Shown here one piece after another: positions 1 to 14,493 of a stretch of DNA of 64,000 nucleotides. The translations under genes were made by a program, and so were the position numbers. Positions within the stretch are counted from its first letter, which is position 1. Every line of letters begins with the position of its first letter. Source of the DNA: Macrostomum hystrix. Its lineage: Eukaryota; Animalia; Platyhelminthes. The notes under the pieces were generated by a model. That model was not told the DNA's origin, did not search any database, and was given only the letters and a program-made list of their open reading frames with translations. The stretch covers positions 10,974,001 through 11,038,000 of the forward strand of contig CATNEN010000039.1 of assembly GCA_950097015.1 (NCBI GenBank), written 5' to 3'.

Positions 1-1669
1 GAAGCGGATGTGGGGCAAAGCTCGCAAGATTCTTGAGAGTGCGAAGCGAATGCTGCAGGAAATGAAACCCGGTATCAAGGAAACTGAGAAGATAGCGTTC
101 TCATTTCTATCACAATTCATGGCCGAAGCATTTTACGAGCTAAATGACCTGAAGGCCTTCGACGAACGATACAGAAGCGACCCTCAGCTGGTTTTCGCTG
201 TTGTTGATTTGCTAAATGATGCTGATGAGCTTAGACCTAAAGAGACATCCACTGATGAGGTAACCTCAGCTGATTTGCTATTGCACTTAGACAGTGCAGC
301 AATTAACCGACCTGCTCTGAGTCGCTACATGAAGCGTCTTTCAGTAGATAAGGTGGGCAACAGAGTGCTTGGCAAATTCCAAGATTTAGAGGTGATTCTT
401 ACAGTCAGCAATGCGCCTGAGAAGATCAAACAGCTTCAAGAGTCATATGAGACGTGTTTTAGGAGTAGCCTTTTCGAATCAGAAGTCCATGCTCTCCTAC
501 ATTTTAATGCAGGCCTACAGCTTATGAGACAGGCGTACATGAATCCATTCAAGGCTCACTACAACTGCTTTAACGCAGCAATCCTTAAGTTTCGTAAGGC
601 TGCTAGAATTTTTGAAGTACTTTATGGAGACGATACAAGAACCTCTCGATGCTATGCCTTAATGAGCTTGCTGTACTGTCACCAAGTGCAGTTGGAGGAC
701 CAGGAATCTAGATGCCTTAGTTGTCTTGAAAGGTGCGCAAATATTGAGACTCGCCTTGTTGCCAAGGAAGCTAATCCGAGTCCGTGGGTCTGGAAGTGTC
801 TTGAAGTGATTCGTGATGGTAAAGCTTATTTCGCTCAGTTAGCCAAATCTGAAGGCACCGAGACTGGCTTCCGTGGAGAGTCGGACAAGTGGACGCATCT
901 TTTTGATCGAGTTCAAGTGAGTCTACGGAAATTTATATAGTTCCATTTTTGCTTTCAGTTGCTATATTCTATTGAAGAGAAAAGCTGTAATATTAGATAA
1001 AATTTACTTGTATCTTTACGTTAAGCTATAGTTGCTCGTGTCAGTTTTATTTCGTTCCTTCTCTTTTTTGTTTGTTCATTAAGTCAGGCATTCGCTCCAA
1101 TATCTTTCCCAGGCCATCCTAAAGCGTGACGTGCCATATTGCTCCATGGAACCCGACTCAAATCTGCATCATGAAAGCCTTCAATTGCTTGCTGATCAAC
1201 TGTTTGGTATGTTGCACCGTATCTTAATGTTTCTCTACTGTGCAGAAGTTTATGGCCCTACCTAATAAATTTAGACCCGCTCGAGGAATGGGAAGAGAAG
1301 CGTAACCGCAGTCTGAAGTCAATCGCAGTGATGATGCAGGACCGGGAGTTTCCCAAGGACAGTCCACCTTCTGATACGGAGATCCGTTGCTATGCGCAAT
1401 ACCTGACAAAGTTGTTTAACCGCCATTGGCACTTTTGCCCAGTTCCTCAAGGCAGAAAACCTGAGGATCGATGCCAGCTCGACAACCTTGACGGCACCCC
1501 AGATGCAGTCATTCGGAATCACTTCCTGGAAGGTCTGAGCGCTTACACAACAAGTCATGCCGATGATAAGAGCCGAATTCTGAAGCGACTGCAGCTTAAT
1601 CATAATTTGCTGCTAACAAAGTGTCACCAGGCCATTCTATATCACGAAAACTATAAAGTTTCCTATTAG
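1..1669 (+). CDS. Helical/TPR-like cluster paralog 1, 5'-truncated by the window (exons <1-916, 1113-1206, 1275-1669)
   Basis: Donors at 917 (caa|gtgagt) and 1207 (ttg|gtatgt); acceptors ending at 1112 and 1274. The spliced frame is open (…AILKRDVPY…QLF-DPLEEWEEKRNRSLK…). It shares the FNAAILKFRKAARIFE and QLEDQ..RCL.CL motifs with paralogs 2-4. Confidence 0.85.
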
Positions 1670-2639
1670 TTCTATTGGCGAATGCACTTTTTCTTTTCTA
1701 AACTCAAGTTTGCACAATTAAAGTGCGATGAACATTTTCGTTTCAGACGCTTTTGATAATGCGCAGAAGCACGGATTTAACCTTTGTTATCGAATCGATA
1801 TTGGCAAACGATAATATACGAGTATTTGCTCGCAACTACTCTGATTAATTTTTTTGCTTTTTTCATTCCATTTTCTGTTTTTTCTCGAATGATTTCAGAA
1901 AATTTATTGTTTTGCACTAGATGAAGAAGTTTTTTTTTTTACGGTGGAGTATCTATGTACAAATATTATATATGTGCGTGCGAAATAGAGGTTTTGGCAC
2001 GGGTAACTGCGAAAACCCCTTCAAGAATAGGGTTAAGACGCCATTGATAATCGTGTATTCTGATATAATCAGAGCTATTTTTTAGTACGGGGTAAACTAA
2101 AAAACTCACTCAAAGAGAAAAAGTAGGCTGTTCTTCTATTGTTTCACTTTTTGCCTTTTATTATTAACTGAAGCTTTCCAAAAACAAAATTTATTGTTCA
2201 CTTTAGTTGATTTCCTTAAAAAGTTTAAAGCGTTTTACAATATTTATCTTGAGTCCTAGGCAACATGATGGAGCAGTTGTGAGCTTGTGGTTGTTTGTCT
2301 TTACAAAAAGTAAAATACGTTTCTCGGAAATGAAACTATTATCACGCCCTACTCGTACGGTTTCATGTATTCCCTTTTTTCTTAAAGTTCTGTCTGTAGT
2401 TTTATAAAATTGATAGCAAGATTGGTTCTGCTTTTGAATCATGTATTCAATTAATGAATTTTGCCTTTCATCGATACACACTTACTCAGTTCGGAGCCGA
2501 CCAGATTCCATCATCGCGAAATTGGTGGCAGATACAGAATACAGCGATGTTGTCATTGAGGAAAAATGAATAGCGAAGTAATGCGGAATTGTCAACAGAC
2601 TAGAAAAACAAAGTCCATCAAAACGCACAGGGAGAACTT

Positions 2640-3075
2640 TGAGTCAGAGTTCCGAAAGCACTGAACTCAGAGGATGGGAAAATCAGCCAAGCTCAGCCAT
2701 TTCTATTACACGTTTAAGAAAGATTTCTCCAGAGAAAAGTACCAAACAGTAATCTCTAACCCAGAACAAAGGCGCACAATGTCCCGATTTCGTCTAGGAA
2801 ACCACAAACTGGCGTGTGAGACATTATGAAAACAGAACATGTCCAAAATGTAGAGTCGAAGTAGAGAACGAAATTCATATTCTGTTTAGATGCGATTGGT
2901 CTGTTTATCTTCCAATCATAAATAAATTTATTGAGAAGGTGGCAGGCACTGTTCGAAATTTCGAAAGCCTAACAGCTGATGACAAAATTTTGTATTTAAT
3001 GACACAGGAAAGCACAGTATTAACAGAAAGTTTTGTGGACTTCATAGAAAGCATACTTGAAGCAAGATAAAAAAG
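2640..3075 (+). mobile_element. 3'-end remnant of a non-LTR retrotransposon (RTE-X/Crack/L2-like ORF2 C-terminal CCHC domain), frameshifted
   Basis: The frame from 2701 reads FYYTFKKDFSREKY…MSRFRLGNHKLACET, then shifts into ENRTCPKCRVEVENEIHILFRC. This is the RL..H.L..E…C-x2-C…E.E.H…C motif of LINE ORF2 ends. Boundaries are approximate. Confidence 0.75.
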
Positions 3076-3695
3076 CCACTGCCCTGAGGCCCATAGTTGG
3101 AATGCAAAAACACAATAGCTATTCTTCTTTCGGTCAGTTTTATTTTCTCTTTAAATTTCAATATTTCATTTTTTGTTTTATTGCCTTTGTTTATTACAAA
3201 AATTTGTTTTTTTTATTTTATTCATCTAAAATAAATCTTATGCATGCCACTGTTTTCCTATCGCCTTCTTTTTAAAAAATCGAATTGTTCAGCCTCTACA
3301 AATATAAGCAAAAAAAATCAGCACCCAATCGGCGTGCGCATTTCAATAATAATGATAATACTTGTCACTAGTCACTCTGGGCCTCAATAAATACGAGCTG
3401 TATTAAACTTGAAGTGTTGTGCACTAGATTGTGGCAATAGAAGACTAGCGTCCATACGTACAAAGTCATACAGTGGTACTTAGCATAGAGCAAATAAGTG
3501 AGTTCAATGCATAGCTTTATATTTTACTCAACTTTCCGCCACAGCAGCCAGTGTATTTATTTATACTTCGCTTTGAATTGATTTCAGATTGATCGGTCAA
3601 GACTACGAGAATCATTTTTTTCGACGCCGCAAAGTCAGCATTCTACGTTAGGAATGCTGACGGCCTAAATACGAGCCTCGTATTTTGATTTCAAG

Positions 3696-6600
3696 ATGTC
3701 AACCAATCGGCTTATTCGTGACGAGGACTCAGTTTTTCTTCAGTTTTTCGCCAATGACAGCATACTTCATTACTGGAATGAACGGTACAAGAATGTGGAC
3801 AGGACTGATGATGCTGAGTTTTTAGATAGATCTCTTTGTATTGTTATGCTAAGTAATGAGCACCAGATTCGACAGAATCTAAAAGAAACTAAGCGATTTG
3901 TGAGCAAGTTCGAGAGACTGGTTGATGAGCCGATAAAGCTACTGAAATCGGCTATTAAACTAAGCTCACACAAGCCGCAGTCGAGTTCTATGTCGAGGAT
4001 AGCAGAAAAAAAGGAAAAGAGCCCGAGAGAGCGCAAATTTATTATGGCAAAAAAGTACCAAGAGTTCGAAGATATGCTAGTTTCTAGATATTTAACAAAT
4101 CAGCAACGCGGGTCTGACGCTAATGCTGATGACAGACTGGATTTCGCCAGCAGTATAAAGTTTGTCACAACACTGCATGTTGCAGGCTGCGGCCAAATCG
4201 CTTTAATGCAAGAGGATGCTAATAAACAGCGTAACTGGATGTCGTTTTGCAAGTTTGCTCATTGGATCGCCACTCGGTATTTGAGAAGTGACAAGAAAAC
4301 TTTAGATCCACGTTTAGATAATTCGATGCGACTAAGCATGGCTAGACTTATGTTTAACTGCGCATTAAGAAGGAATATTTACGAGCACAAATACCTTCTA
4401 AAGGCTTTTCAATACTTCGAAGGCGCAATCGAGCGTCGAGTCCAGAACGGAAGACTAATTCGCCGTATCGACTCGAATATTATTCCGAGTGGATGGTCAT
4501 TAACTGCTATTCTTAACATGGCAGCATGTTTGTTAGAGCTGCGTTTGCCAAGCAAGTGCCGCGATTTGGTTAAACTGGCGAGAAAGTTAATGCCAAGTAG
4601 TTCGCCTGACACTGACAACTATCCTGGTGCAGAAGACAGCCAATACTTAGAAGCATATGCCGACTATGTTGAAGGAGTGAGTCACTTTGAGGACACAAGT
4701 CCACTCAGAAGCGGACTAAATTGCAGCAGCATCGTCCGTAGCCCATCTGACTTAAGTAAAAGCTACGAATCTGCTAAGCTTTTTCTTAAAGCAAGCGTCG
4801 ATTTACTGACTCAAAATTTTGAACGTGATCCACTTACTGCGTCTGCTGTCACGATGTTGGCTGTTGTTTTGGCTAATAGTAATGCCGCGTTCTCTACTGA
4901 AGCTCTGCAACGCTTTGATCAGGCGGTCAATTTAGAAATTCAACTGACAACTCGAACGACCACAGCAAATTTTTTGCTGCGGATTCTTTACTACGGTGCT
5001 AATCTACGATCCGACCCAAAAACGTCGCCAAACTGTCAAGAACTTTACAAAAAACTTGTAAGTATTTTTCTACCATCTATTTATAGTACATGTCTGAGTT
5101 TAATTAGTTTACAATGGATGGTATGTGTCTACATGCACTTTTGCACGTCAACTTTGTGATCAGTCAACCCCGCTCTCTTCTGTGAACATCGGTATGGGAT
5201 AGGGGTCATTTTTCACCCCAACTCTGCACTTTATGGGTCTCAAAAGGCGTGCCGTATATATTTTAATGATTTTAATGAGTTTTGTCATTTTAAATAAAAT
5301 CCTTACCATTTTTTCACTATTTTAGAGCTCGTTTTTTAACCAGACGCCAGTAAAAAGCAGCGGATTAAAAAATAACCCGGCCTCTACAACTTTTGGTGAA
5401 CGCCTCACAGAAACAGATTTTGATTCTGATGAGAAGCGCGGCATGCTTGCAGTCTTTCGGGTACTCGCTGAATCTAAACAATTTTTAGATGGCTACAAAC
5501 AGGAATCACTTACTTACTTCAAGACTCAAATGCACAATTACTGTGAAATTAAGGACATTCCGGTTAGAGCTTTATGCTTACTGTGTCAGTCTCGACATTA
5601 CATAAACGCTCAAGACCTAACGACGGCCAATTATCATCAAAAGAAGGCCGCTAAATTGCTGTCCGTCGGCTTCAACGTCAAGCTAGATATCAACCATTTG
5701 AGCTTATTTACCTTCAATGATTTCCAGTCTATGTTTCCTGAAGATCACAGGACTCTAATTTTCTTGTCCACATTCTGGTTAATTAATGAAGGACTGCTAC
5801 TTATCGAACAAGCCAATGAGCAACTTCAAAAAGCGCATGCCACATCTTTAGTACCCAGGGACAATGATGGTCATTGGTCGCAGCGAGTTGGGACGATTCT
5901 TTCCTCCGCCCTACTAAAGGCAAGACAGAGCGTTGATGTTATCCGCTTCTCCCAAAGTGACGAGAGTGTGGCTCTTGATTGCTTAAATCAGGCTAAAGAT
6001 CTGATTCAGGAATTGAATTCGAACGCGTCAGATTACGAAATTTTCGCTTTTGTCTTCCTAGAAGATTGTCTCGCTATCGCATTTTATAAGCTTGACAGAA
6101 TCATTTCCGTTGATGACCGGTACAAAACGGATGCTGAACTGATGTTTTCTGTCACTGAACTCTTGAAAGAGGCGGACAATTCTGTTCCAGGCCCTGACAT
6201 GAGTAGTCAATCTGCTGTGTTAGATTACACGGCTTTTAACTTAACTTTTTGCTTGCACAAAGCTCAAGTTAACTTTCCAGAATTATTAGCGCTTATGCAG
6301 AAGTTTCCTGACCAGTTCCAATCGGAGAAATTTAATCGCGATATAAATTATAATTTGGACGTCATATTCGCCGTTAGCCATCCTGGTTCAAAACTTGAGC
6401 TTCTCCAAATAGCCTACGATTTGTGTGAAAAAGCACAGTTGGCAGATTCTGAATTGCATGCGCTCATACATATGCACGCTGGCATGGAACTGCTTCAACA
6501 GGCGTACAGGGACCCGACTAGACCACCATACTGCAGCCTAAACGCATCCATATTGAAGTTTCGTAAGGCTGCAAGAATTCTTGAGCTGCTGCATTCGGAT

Positions 6601-8162
6601 GATGTGAAAACTGCTTACTGCTACATAATGCTCGGCCTTCTCTACATGCACAATGCCCAGCTAGAGGACCAGCATTCTCGGTGTATTAGTTGTCTTAAAA
6701 AGTGCTTAAGTATCGAGAAGCGTTTGATCGTTAAAGATACTTCTCCCACGCCCTGGCTTTGGAAGGGCTTAGAAATCGTTCAGTTCTTTCAGAGGTACTT
6801 TTCTCAAATTTCGAAAGACTACGCTGACGACACTTCCTTCTCTCGTGACTTGGATGTTTGGAATGAGCTGAGTCGAAAGTTTCTGGTGAGAATCTTATTA
6901 GTGTTTAAATTTGTGCAAGTTAATTTTTTATGGCATGTAGTTTTTTTATTAAATTGATTGTCGATTTTTAGACTGCTATAGGTAGAAAAAAGCCTCTGTA
7001 CTACTTGCAAGACTTTGGTATAGACCCTTTAAACGCGCCAATGCTGCTCACCGAGTTACTTACTGGTAAGTACAAGTTGTTCATGCTTGCTAGCGAATGC
7101 AGATTCACTTTTCGCTTAATGCGTCATCGCGTCAATTGATCATTGTTATGATAATGGGCTTCTCTATGTGAGCATAATCACGTATCGAACCACGTCGAAC
7201 GCATTATTACGCGCGCATGGCATAATAGCGCGCATTTTTTAACTGCTTTCAGTGGCACTAGCGCGCATATGCCAGTACGCGGTTCTGTACATACAAACTA
7301 GCAAAAGGTGCACAGCACACTAATGTAATTCACCCTTTTTCAGTCCTCCAAAATAGGCCACAGCCCATCTTGGACCTTGAATCCGCTAATGTGTTTGCAT
7401 ATGTCTAAATAATAATAATAATAATAATGCTAGCGAGGAGGGAGGGATTTCAGGAGGGCTGTGGGCAATGTCACAACATTTGGTGACAGTAGACCTGCAG
7501 CCAGCAAGGAGCTATTCTGCCCATTTTGCTGACTCCTGAGCACACATGCACAGACATACCGTATGCAGGCATACGCTCACACAGGTGTCTACATCTGCCC
7601 TGACTTTCTCGATCATCGCCAGGCAGTGTACACTGCCACTGTGCCTTGGAAGTTAGCCCTCCAAATTTCACCAAAAGCCCCCAGGACTGCTCTGCTCTTC
7701 GAACCTTTCGTTTGATGAACCCTAAAAAATATTACATACAAAAGAATACTATGTTTTCGATTGATTTTAGATCCACTTACCGAGTGGGAAGAAAAGCGAA
7801 ACCGCAGTCTGAAGGCGATCGCTGGGATGATGCGAGACCGAGAATTTCCCAGTGACAGCCCGCCATCTGACACTGAAATTCGCTGCTACTCTCACTATCT
7901 CACCAAGCTATTCAACCGTCATCTTGTTATATGTCCTGTACCGCACGCGGTTACTTGGGACAGAAGATGCAAGCTGGACCAGCTGAAGGGTGACGATCGA
8001 GTCGAGCGAAACCACTTTCTCCGTGGGTTAAACACCTATCCACAATGTAGTGCTCAAGAAAAAATGAGCATCCTCAAACGGCTGCAGAGAAACCAAAATT
8101 TGCTGTTGAAGTTCTGCAGGGAAGCTGAAAAATTTCATGACGGCTATGAAGTGTCTTATTAG
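3696..8162 (+). CDS. Helical/TPR-like cluster paralog 2, ~1135 aa (exons 3696-5057, 5326-6885, 6972-7065, 7771-8162)
   Basis: All junctions are GT-AG with phases 0,0,1. Summed exon length is 3408 nt, a multiple of 3, with an open frame. The 94-nt third exon is the same length as in paralogs 1 and 3. Confidence 0.88.
7408..7700 (+). repeat. Dispersed intronic repeat, copy 1, preceded by (AAT)n
   Basis: gggctgtgggcaatg…ttctgcccattt…ctcacacaggt…tgtacact…actgtgccttggaag matches the reverse complement of 45390-45547 and of the copies near 49.0 and 49.3 kb. Confidence 0.75.
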
Positions 8163-9667
8163 AACTTATGCATCATTTTGTCTTTTTTATTTTTGCAGGC
8201 CACATTTGCTCAATTTTCGTGCCGTGTGACACTCTGTTTACTCACATGTTAAGCATTCGTTTATCAACACATTTTATGATATTATTTCGAGTATTTGTTC
8301 TACGCCCGTAACTTTTTCCACTATTCTGGTAAGTCCAGCGTTGCCTTGTCTTCCTCTCTGTTGATTAGATTGGATTTCATTTATAACAAAGTGTAATTTT
8401 ATTCCTGGGCAAATCATAAAGGTATTTGTTCTAAATAGTGCTGCTTCCTTGGACATTCCTTGGATCCTTCCTTTCTTTAACCATAGGATTTCGTATTCAT
8501 CAAATCTTGCTTAAAGACAGCAAATTAACAGTTGCAATAACAAGCTACGAATGTATTTTCTGCCCACTTTAGTGCAAGGGAGCCTCTCTTGAGAAATTCA
8601 AATCCCAGTGCGTATCGTCTGCTGATGCCACTAGTTGACGGCCATTAAGGCACAAAAGGATAGTCTAGAAAAATAGGCTAGACAAGCTGATAGTTTTTGG
8701 ACGTTTGGCAAAGCAGCTTTGAGGTGCAGTACTGATCTACCTACGTGGGTGTACTGTACGCAATGAAAGATCTGTGAATAACTTAGTGTTCTGGACAGAT
8801 TGCGACTTAGCTATTGTTTCCAACTATGCGAAAAAAATGCGTATTTTTTGTATCCTTTGTATCCTTTTTGTATTTTTCATTCATAAAACGTGTTTTCATG
8901 ATAGCAGCGAGTGAATAAAAAGTTTCTCAATTATTTTAAAGTCTTTTTTACGCGGCTGATAAAGAGTATTTTATTTTTTACGGTAAAATGTTACTTATTC
9001 CTGGATACAAAAACATTTTTATACAATATTTTTGCTCCATTTTCCATCTGATAATCATTTCACTCTGTCGCCTATTCAATACTTTTTGCCTTGCCTACTT
9101 TGCAGCAGCTTTCAGCACATTTTATGGCTTTTTGCTAATACAAATTCCATTAATAAATCGTGCCTTAATCATAGGAATAATCATAGTTGTTAGACAACTT
9201 ATTTTACTGTTATTTCATTGTCGCGTTAGCTTTATTGTTCAACATTAAGCACAGTTTGTGTTAAGTTTAGGGCATCGTTAAGTTCACTGAAGCGTCGAGT
9301 GTGAGTAGTTGTTTCTAAATGGCTTAATTGCACAATTTTTACTTAGCTGGTGGAGTCATTTTTCAAAGAATAGAGTCTGAATTTCTTTAATATCGGATCG
9401 TACTAAGCTGTTCTCAAGCTTTCGTAAGTAAAGTTTCATCTTGGCTCCTATCTGGACAGTGTAAATATTCACTCTTAAGGTTGGACTTAAGGATACGAAA
9501 ACTGTATTTGATAAGCCTGTAAAATAATTTGTAAGATATTTAACTACTTTTTTAATTTTTCCATTATATTCCACAAATATTTTACCTTTCAGCAACACAA
9601 GATTCGTTCAACTGACTGAACGGAGCATGTGGGATGCCTAAATAAGCAAAATAGTTATTTCCTCATC

Positions 9668-12600
9668 ATGGACCCCAGTTTTCTTAATATCCTTCCACCT
9701 CCACATCTGCTTAACTTCTTTCCAAATGAGGAATGTTTTAACTACTGGAAGGCTCGTCACAGCGAACTAAAGAGCTCAGATGCGAATCAACCGCCTCTAG
9801 AAGTTAAGGAGGAACAGCAAGGCACAGACACTTCAGACAAAAAATTTGGCTTCTTTGCTAAAGCGTTGATTTACGTTTTCCTTGGCAACGAGCACATAAT
9901 TAGAAATCAAGTAGAGAAAGCACATGAGTTTCAAGATATGTTTAAAGCATTAATTGGCTTGCCTTCCATTAACAAGCTCCAGCACGCTGCTTCACCTCAA
10001 TCAGATCCTGAGATTCAAAAATCCGACGCGAGGCAAAGTGGAAAGGCCAGCGCGAAAGTTCTAATGGCAAAGAGGTATAGGGAGTACGAAGATTATGTAA
10101 TTAAAACATATTTTGCGTCGACACCAGTGAGTGCATCAAATCAAGATTCAAAACATTCTGATCTTTCGACAAGTGACATGGAAATTACGCTTCAGTTCAT
10201 GACAATTCATTTCCTCGCAAACGAATGCAGTTTGATTCTATTAAGAACAAACGCGCCTCGTGCCCGCAAGTTGCGAGAGAAAGTGAAGTTTATTCTCTGG
10301 TTGTGCAACGACTATATTCCGAAGGCACCAAATAAATTATTTGCTAATTTGGTGAGCCATACTACGGGAGCTGTTCTTCTTAGCTGTGGAATGCAAAGAG
10401 GCACTTTTGAACACTGGTACCTCTTAAAGGCTTTCAAATGCTATGAAACCCTGATTGCGTACAAGAGAAGTCTTGCGGATAAACAGAAAAAATTCAAACT
10501 TGTAAGGCGGCCAGACTTTGAAATAGAAGTTTGTGATTTTTCTATTGAAGGAATCCTTAGGTTAGCTGCCATTTTTATCGAGCTTCGACAGACAAAGAAG
10601 TCTAGAAAGCTGATCATTCAAGCTCTGAATCTCATCGACCGGCTTGCAGCAACCGATGAAACCTATCAGGTGTATTTTTCTGCCTACGCAAGTTATCTCA
10701 AAGGAATGAGCCATTTTGAAGACACTTGTCCTATAATCAGCAAGATTAATGCTGGCGCTCTCGTCATGGATACCAATAAACTAAGAAATAATTACGAGAA
10801 GGCGAAAGCTTGTTTGACCGACTCTATAAGGAGACTGACAGAAGTAGAAAACTATGGAAGTATTCCACTAACTGCTTCAGCGCATGCTTTGATGGGTATC
10901 GTATGCGTTAATGAAGCTGCTGACTTTACGCTGGGCGAAAATGGTGGATTATACTACCTGGAGCAAGCTGTTAATCTAGAGGCTTCACTCAAAACCAATA
11001 CGCTAATGGCAGTCAGCTTAAGACAAATTCTTCAATCTGGTACCACAGCGGCAAGCACACGCTCGGCTCGAGAAAAGTGCGTTGAGCTTCATCGAGCATT
11101 AGTAAGTTTGGGCTGCTTTGTGTTTTCCAGCTGCATCTTTTATATTCTATTATCATTGTTTTAGTTTAAATATCTTAATTTCAGTTTTTAGATCAATCTG
11201 TTGCCTTTAGCCTGTAGCTCTATAGCCTTTTTTGTTTTAGATCACCTCAGCTGGTACGAGCACGGTGTCAGAAATGACGGCAAAACCATCTGAGACTACT
11301 GCAGGCTCTGCATGTGAAGGCTTTTTCGAATCAATTTCTAAAGCCAAGCAATTTACTGACGGCTATGAACGTAGAAGCTTAGACTACTGGAAGAATCGTT
11401 TAAAAGACTGCCCAGATGATGAGATATTGAACAAAGGGGTGTGTCTCCTGTTTATTGCAAGGCACTGCCTCCTTTCTCACTATCTGAAAAAAGCAAAATG
11501 CCGACAACTGAAGGTTGCGCATCTTTGCTTTGCAGTATTTGGACTCAAATTGGAGAAGCATGAGACCGAGAAAATTGATTTTGAAGCTCTGTGTCTAGAT
11601 TTTCCGAGTAATTACAGAGATTTGACATTCATTGCAACTTTTTGGCTTGTCAATGAAGGCATGCTGGCCCTTGGAAATGCCTTGGAATATTACCAGCAGA
11701 AATCTGCTTCCGAAGTCGTGCAGCGCTTGAATCACAGAGAATCTCTCATTTCAAAGCTTACTTCTTGGGCGCTATACGTTTCACGAACAAGTGACAAGAA
11801 GAGCGAAGATTGGTACAAAGCCCGGCAAATACTGTGCGACGCCCGGGTGCTGTTCAGCTTTTTAAGAAAGACAGTAGTGAAAAATGAAGTTTCGGCACTT
11901 ACTTTCCTGGAAAACTATTTGGCCAAAGCTTTCTACATGCTAAATGATGTAGTGTCCTTCGACGATCGCTACAAGACTGACCTTGATTTAGTTCGGATCA
12001 TTGTCGACTTGGTTGATGACGTCAGACGCTTAAAGCACTTAGATGCAAGCCTGTCTGACTCAGGAATGGAAGTATTATTTCAACTTTTGAATGGAATTTC
12101 AGTGAACTTTCCAGTTCTGTTTAATAGGTTTTTAAATATGCCTCCTGGTCGAAGTTCGAGGGATAAGAGTTTAATATTCCGAATTTTGGAACTGACTCCT
12201 TTGTTAAAAACTTTTGATTTAATTTGGGACACTTCGCGAGCCTCAGACAAACTCATTCAATTGGATGAAGCATACTCATTGTGTCAGAAGCATGGTCTCC
12301 TAGACACCGAAGCCCATGCTTTAGTACACATGCAAGCTGGCATCCAGCTTTTGCGATACGGGGAGACAAACCCCTTTAAGCCTCACTACGGTAGCTTCAA
12401 TGCCGCCATTTTGAAGTTCAGAAAAGCAGCTAGAATTTTCGAACTTCTTGACGGCGACGATGTTAAACTGGCGCATTGCTACACCATTTTAAGCGTACTC
12501 TATTTGAGCCAGATGCAAGTGGACGAACAGCAGTCGAGATGCCTGCAATGCTTAGAAAAGTGCGTGAGCATAGAGCGAAGACTCATTCTTAAGGATTCTA

Positions 12601-13409
12601 CGCCCAGTCCTTGGTTTTGGAAGTGTCTGGATGTGGCGCACGCTTGTAGAGAGCAATTTTGCAAATCCGAGCACTACAGCTGGCTGTCGGACGAAAATGT
12701 TTCTAACCCTATCGAGGCTGAGTGGACTCGTATTTTTAAGAAGCTTTATGTAAGTTTAACTCTTGGCTTATTTTTTACTGACAATAAGTTTGTGAATTCC
12801 TTTATTTTCATATGAACCTGGTAATAAATGAAAAAACATCTTTATGTACCATTGAATTTTTTTTGTAGGCACTCGTTAGTCGAGAAACTCCGCTCTACAG
12901 AATACCAGATGATTCCGCTGGTTCTTCGCATACATTGGCATTGCTCGCTGAAAAGCTCATTGGTAAATAAAAGTAAATTAATATTTTTAGAATGCATTTC
13001 CTGTACTGTTTTATCCGTATAGCTACAAAGACGAATTGCAGATCCCCTTGTCGACTGGGAGGAGAAGCGCAATCTCAGCCTGAAAGGTGTCGCAAATATG
13101 CTTAGAGATCTCGAATTTCCCGAGGACAGCCTTCCGAGCGACGCCGAAATTCGGGTGTACGCCACCTATCTTAACAAGCTGTTTAGCCAGCACTGGGACC
13201 TGTGCCACAATGGCCGAAACCAGCAATGTCCTCTGGAAAGCCTTAAAGTCGTTCGAAATGATTTCTTATTGGGAATATCGGAATACTCAGCACAGAGTGT
13301 CAAAGAAAAAACTAAAATATTCGCTCTTCTACAGCAGAACCACAACCTGCTGCTAACGCACTGTGAGCCCGCTCAACGTTTTCACGACAGCTACGGGAGA
13401 CCACACTAG
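9668..13409 (+). CDS. Helical/TPR-like cluster paralog 3, ~1134 aa (exons 9668-11101, 11241-12749, 12869-12962, 13042-13409)
   Basis: First ATG at 9668; GT-AG junctions with phases 0,0,1; 3405 nt open. Shared motifs: MAKRYREYED, HFEDTCP, EQAVNLE, FNAAILKFRKAARIFE, DPLVDWEEKRN. Confidence 0.88.
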
Positions 13410-14493
13410 GAGTTCTACCTTCAGAAATTACTGTTTTTTTATTCTAAAGTTGTCTCCTATATGTGATTGTGCTCACATGTTTTTTCGGACACTTTAATAT
13501 GTACGACTGCTGTATAACAGTATTTATGCAGTATTTACATTACAGAATCTCGGTATTGCTCTCATTTATTTCTATTTTTACAGCTTTTTCTGTAAATCAA
13601 TAATCGTCTAAATTATTGAATCCATTATTTTGTCTGACATGTTATTTTGTATTTGCAGTAATGAAACTAAAATAAGCTTTAAAATTGCATTCTTACAACT
13701 TGTTTAATCAACATCTACAGCTCTCAATTAAACATAATTTTTTGCTCATCACGAAAGTCAAAATTTTTTACGGCTTGTTAAATTTTAAGTTTTCCCTGAG
13801 TTACTGTGAACTTTTACATTATTTTAAACTATTTCTCTTTTTCGAACTTAAAATGCCAAAAAATCGGTATTACAATTTTCGACTCATTATTGATTACAAT
13901 AACGTGTTTATATTATTTTGTCTTTATTTCATTATCTACAACCGTACCGCTCATTATCTACAGTTTTTCCGCTTTTATTAACTATACTAAAGACAAAATT
14001 AACAACTAAATTATGCACAACTGAATTCAAGGTATCTGATTGAGCTGCAGCGTAGTTTGTCATAGTTTATACTAGAAAATTATAAACTATTGTGTCCCTG
14101 CTATGCGTCGCAATTTCCTGCTGTTTTCGTTTGCCATCAAGAAACAAATATAAAAATAAGGTGCTGTTTTTTATAATAAATGTATATAACATTTACATTA
14201 TATTAGATTATAACAAATGTAATTTTACTGTGCTTTTTATTTACTTTGTTTTTTTATAAATACCTGTTAGGACATTAATTTGAGCTGCAGCCGCGGAGAG
14301 AAGTCTTGGGGATTTTGCAAATTGGGATTGTTCTAAAAGCTTTAAGCTGAAATGAACATTTGTTTCGTGTGCTTTGTTAGTTAACATTCGCATCGTCTCA
14401 TTACTCAAACCCATCACTTCAGTTCCACTGGCCAACTGTCGGAATTGACCAAGTGAGGATTACGAAGAATATTTGACAATCGGCAAGTGAAAA

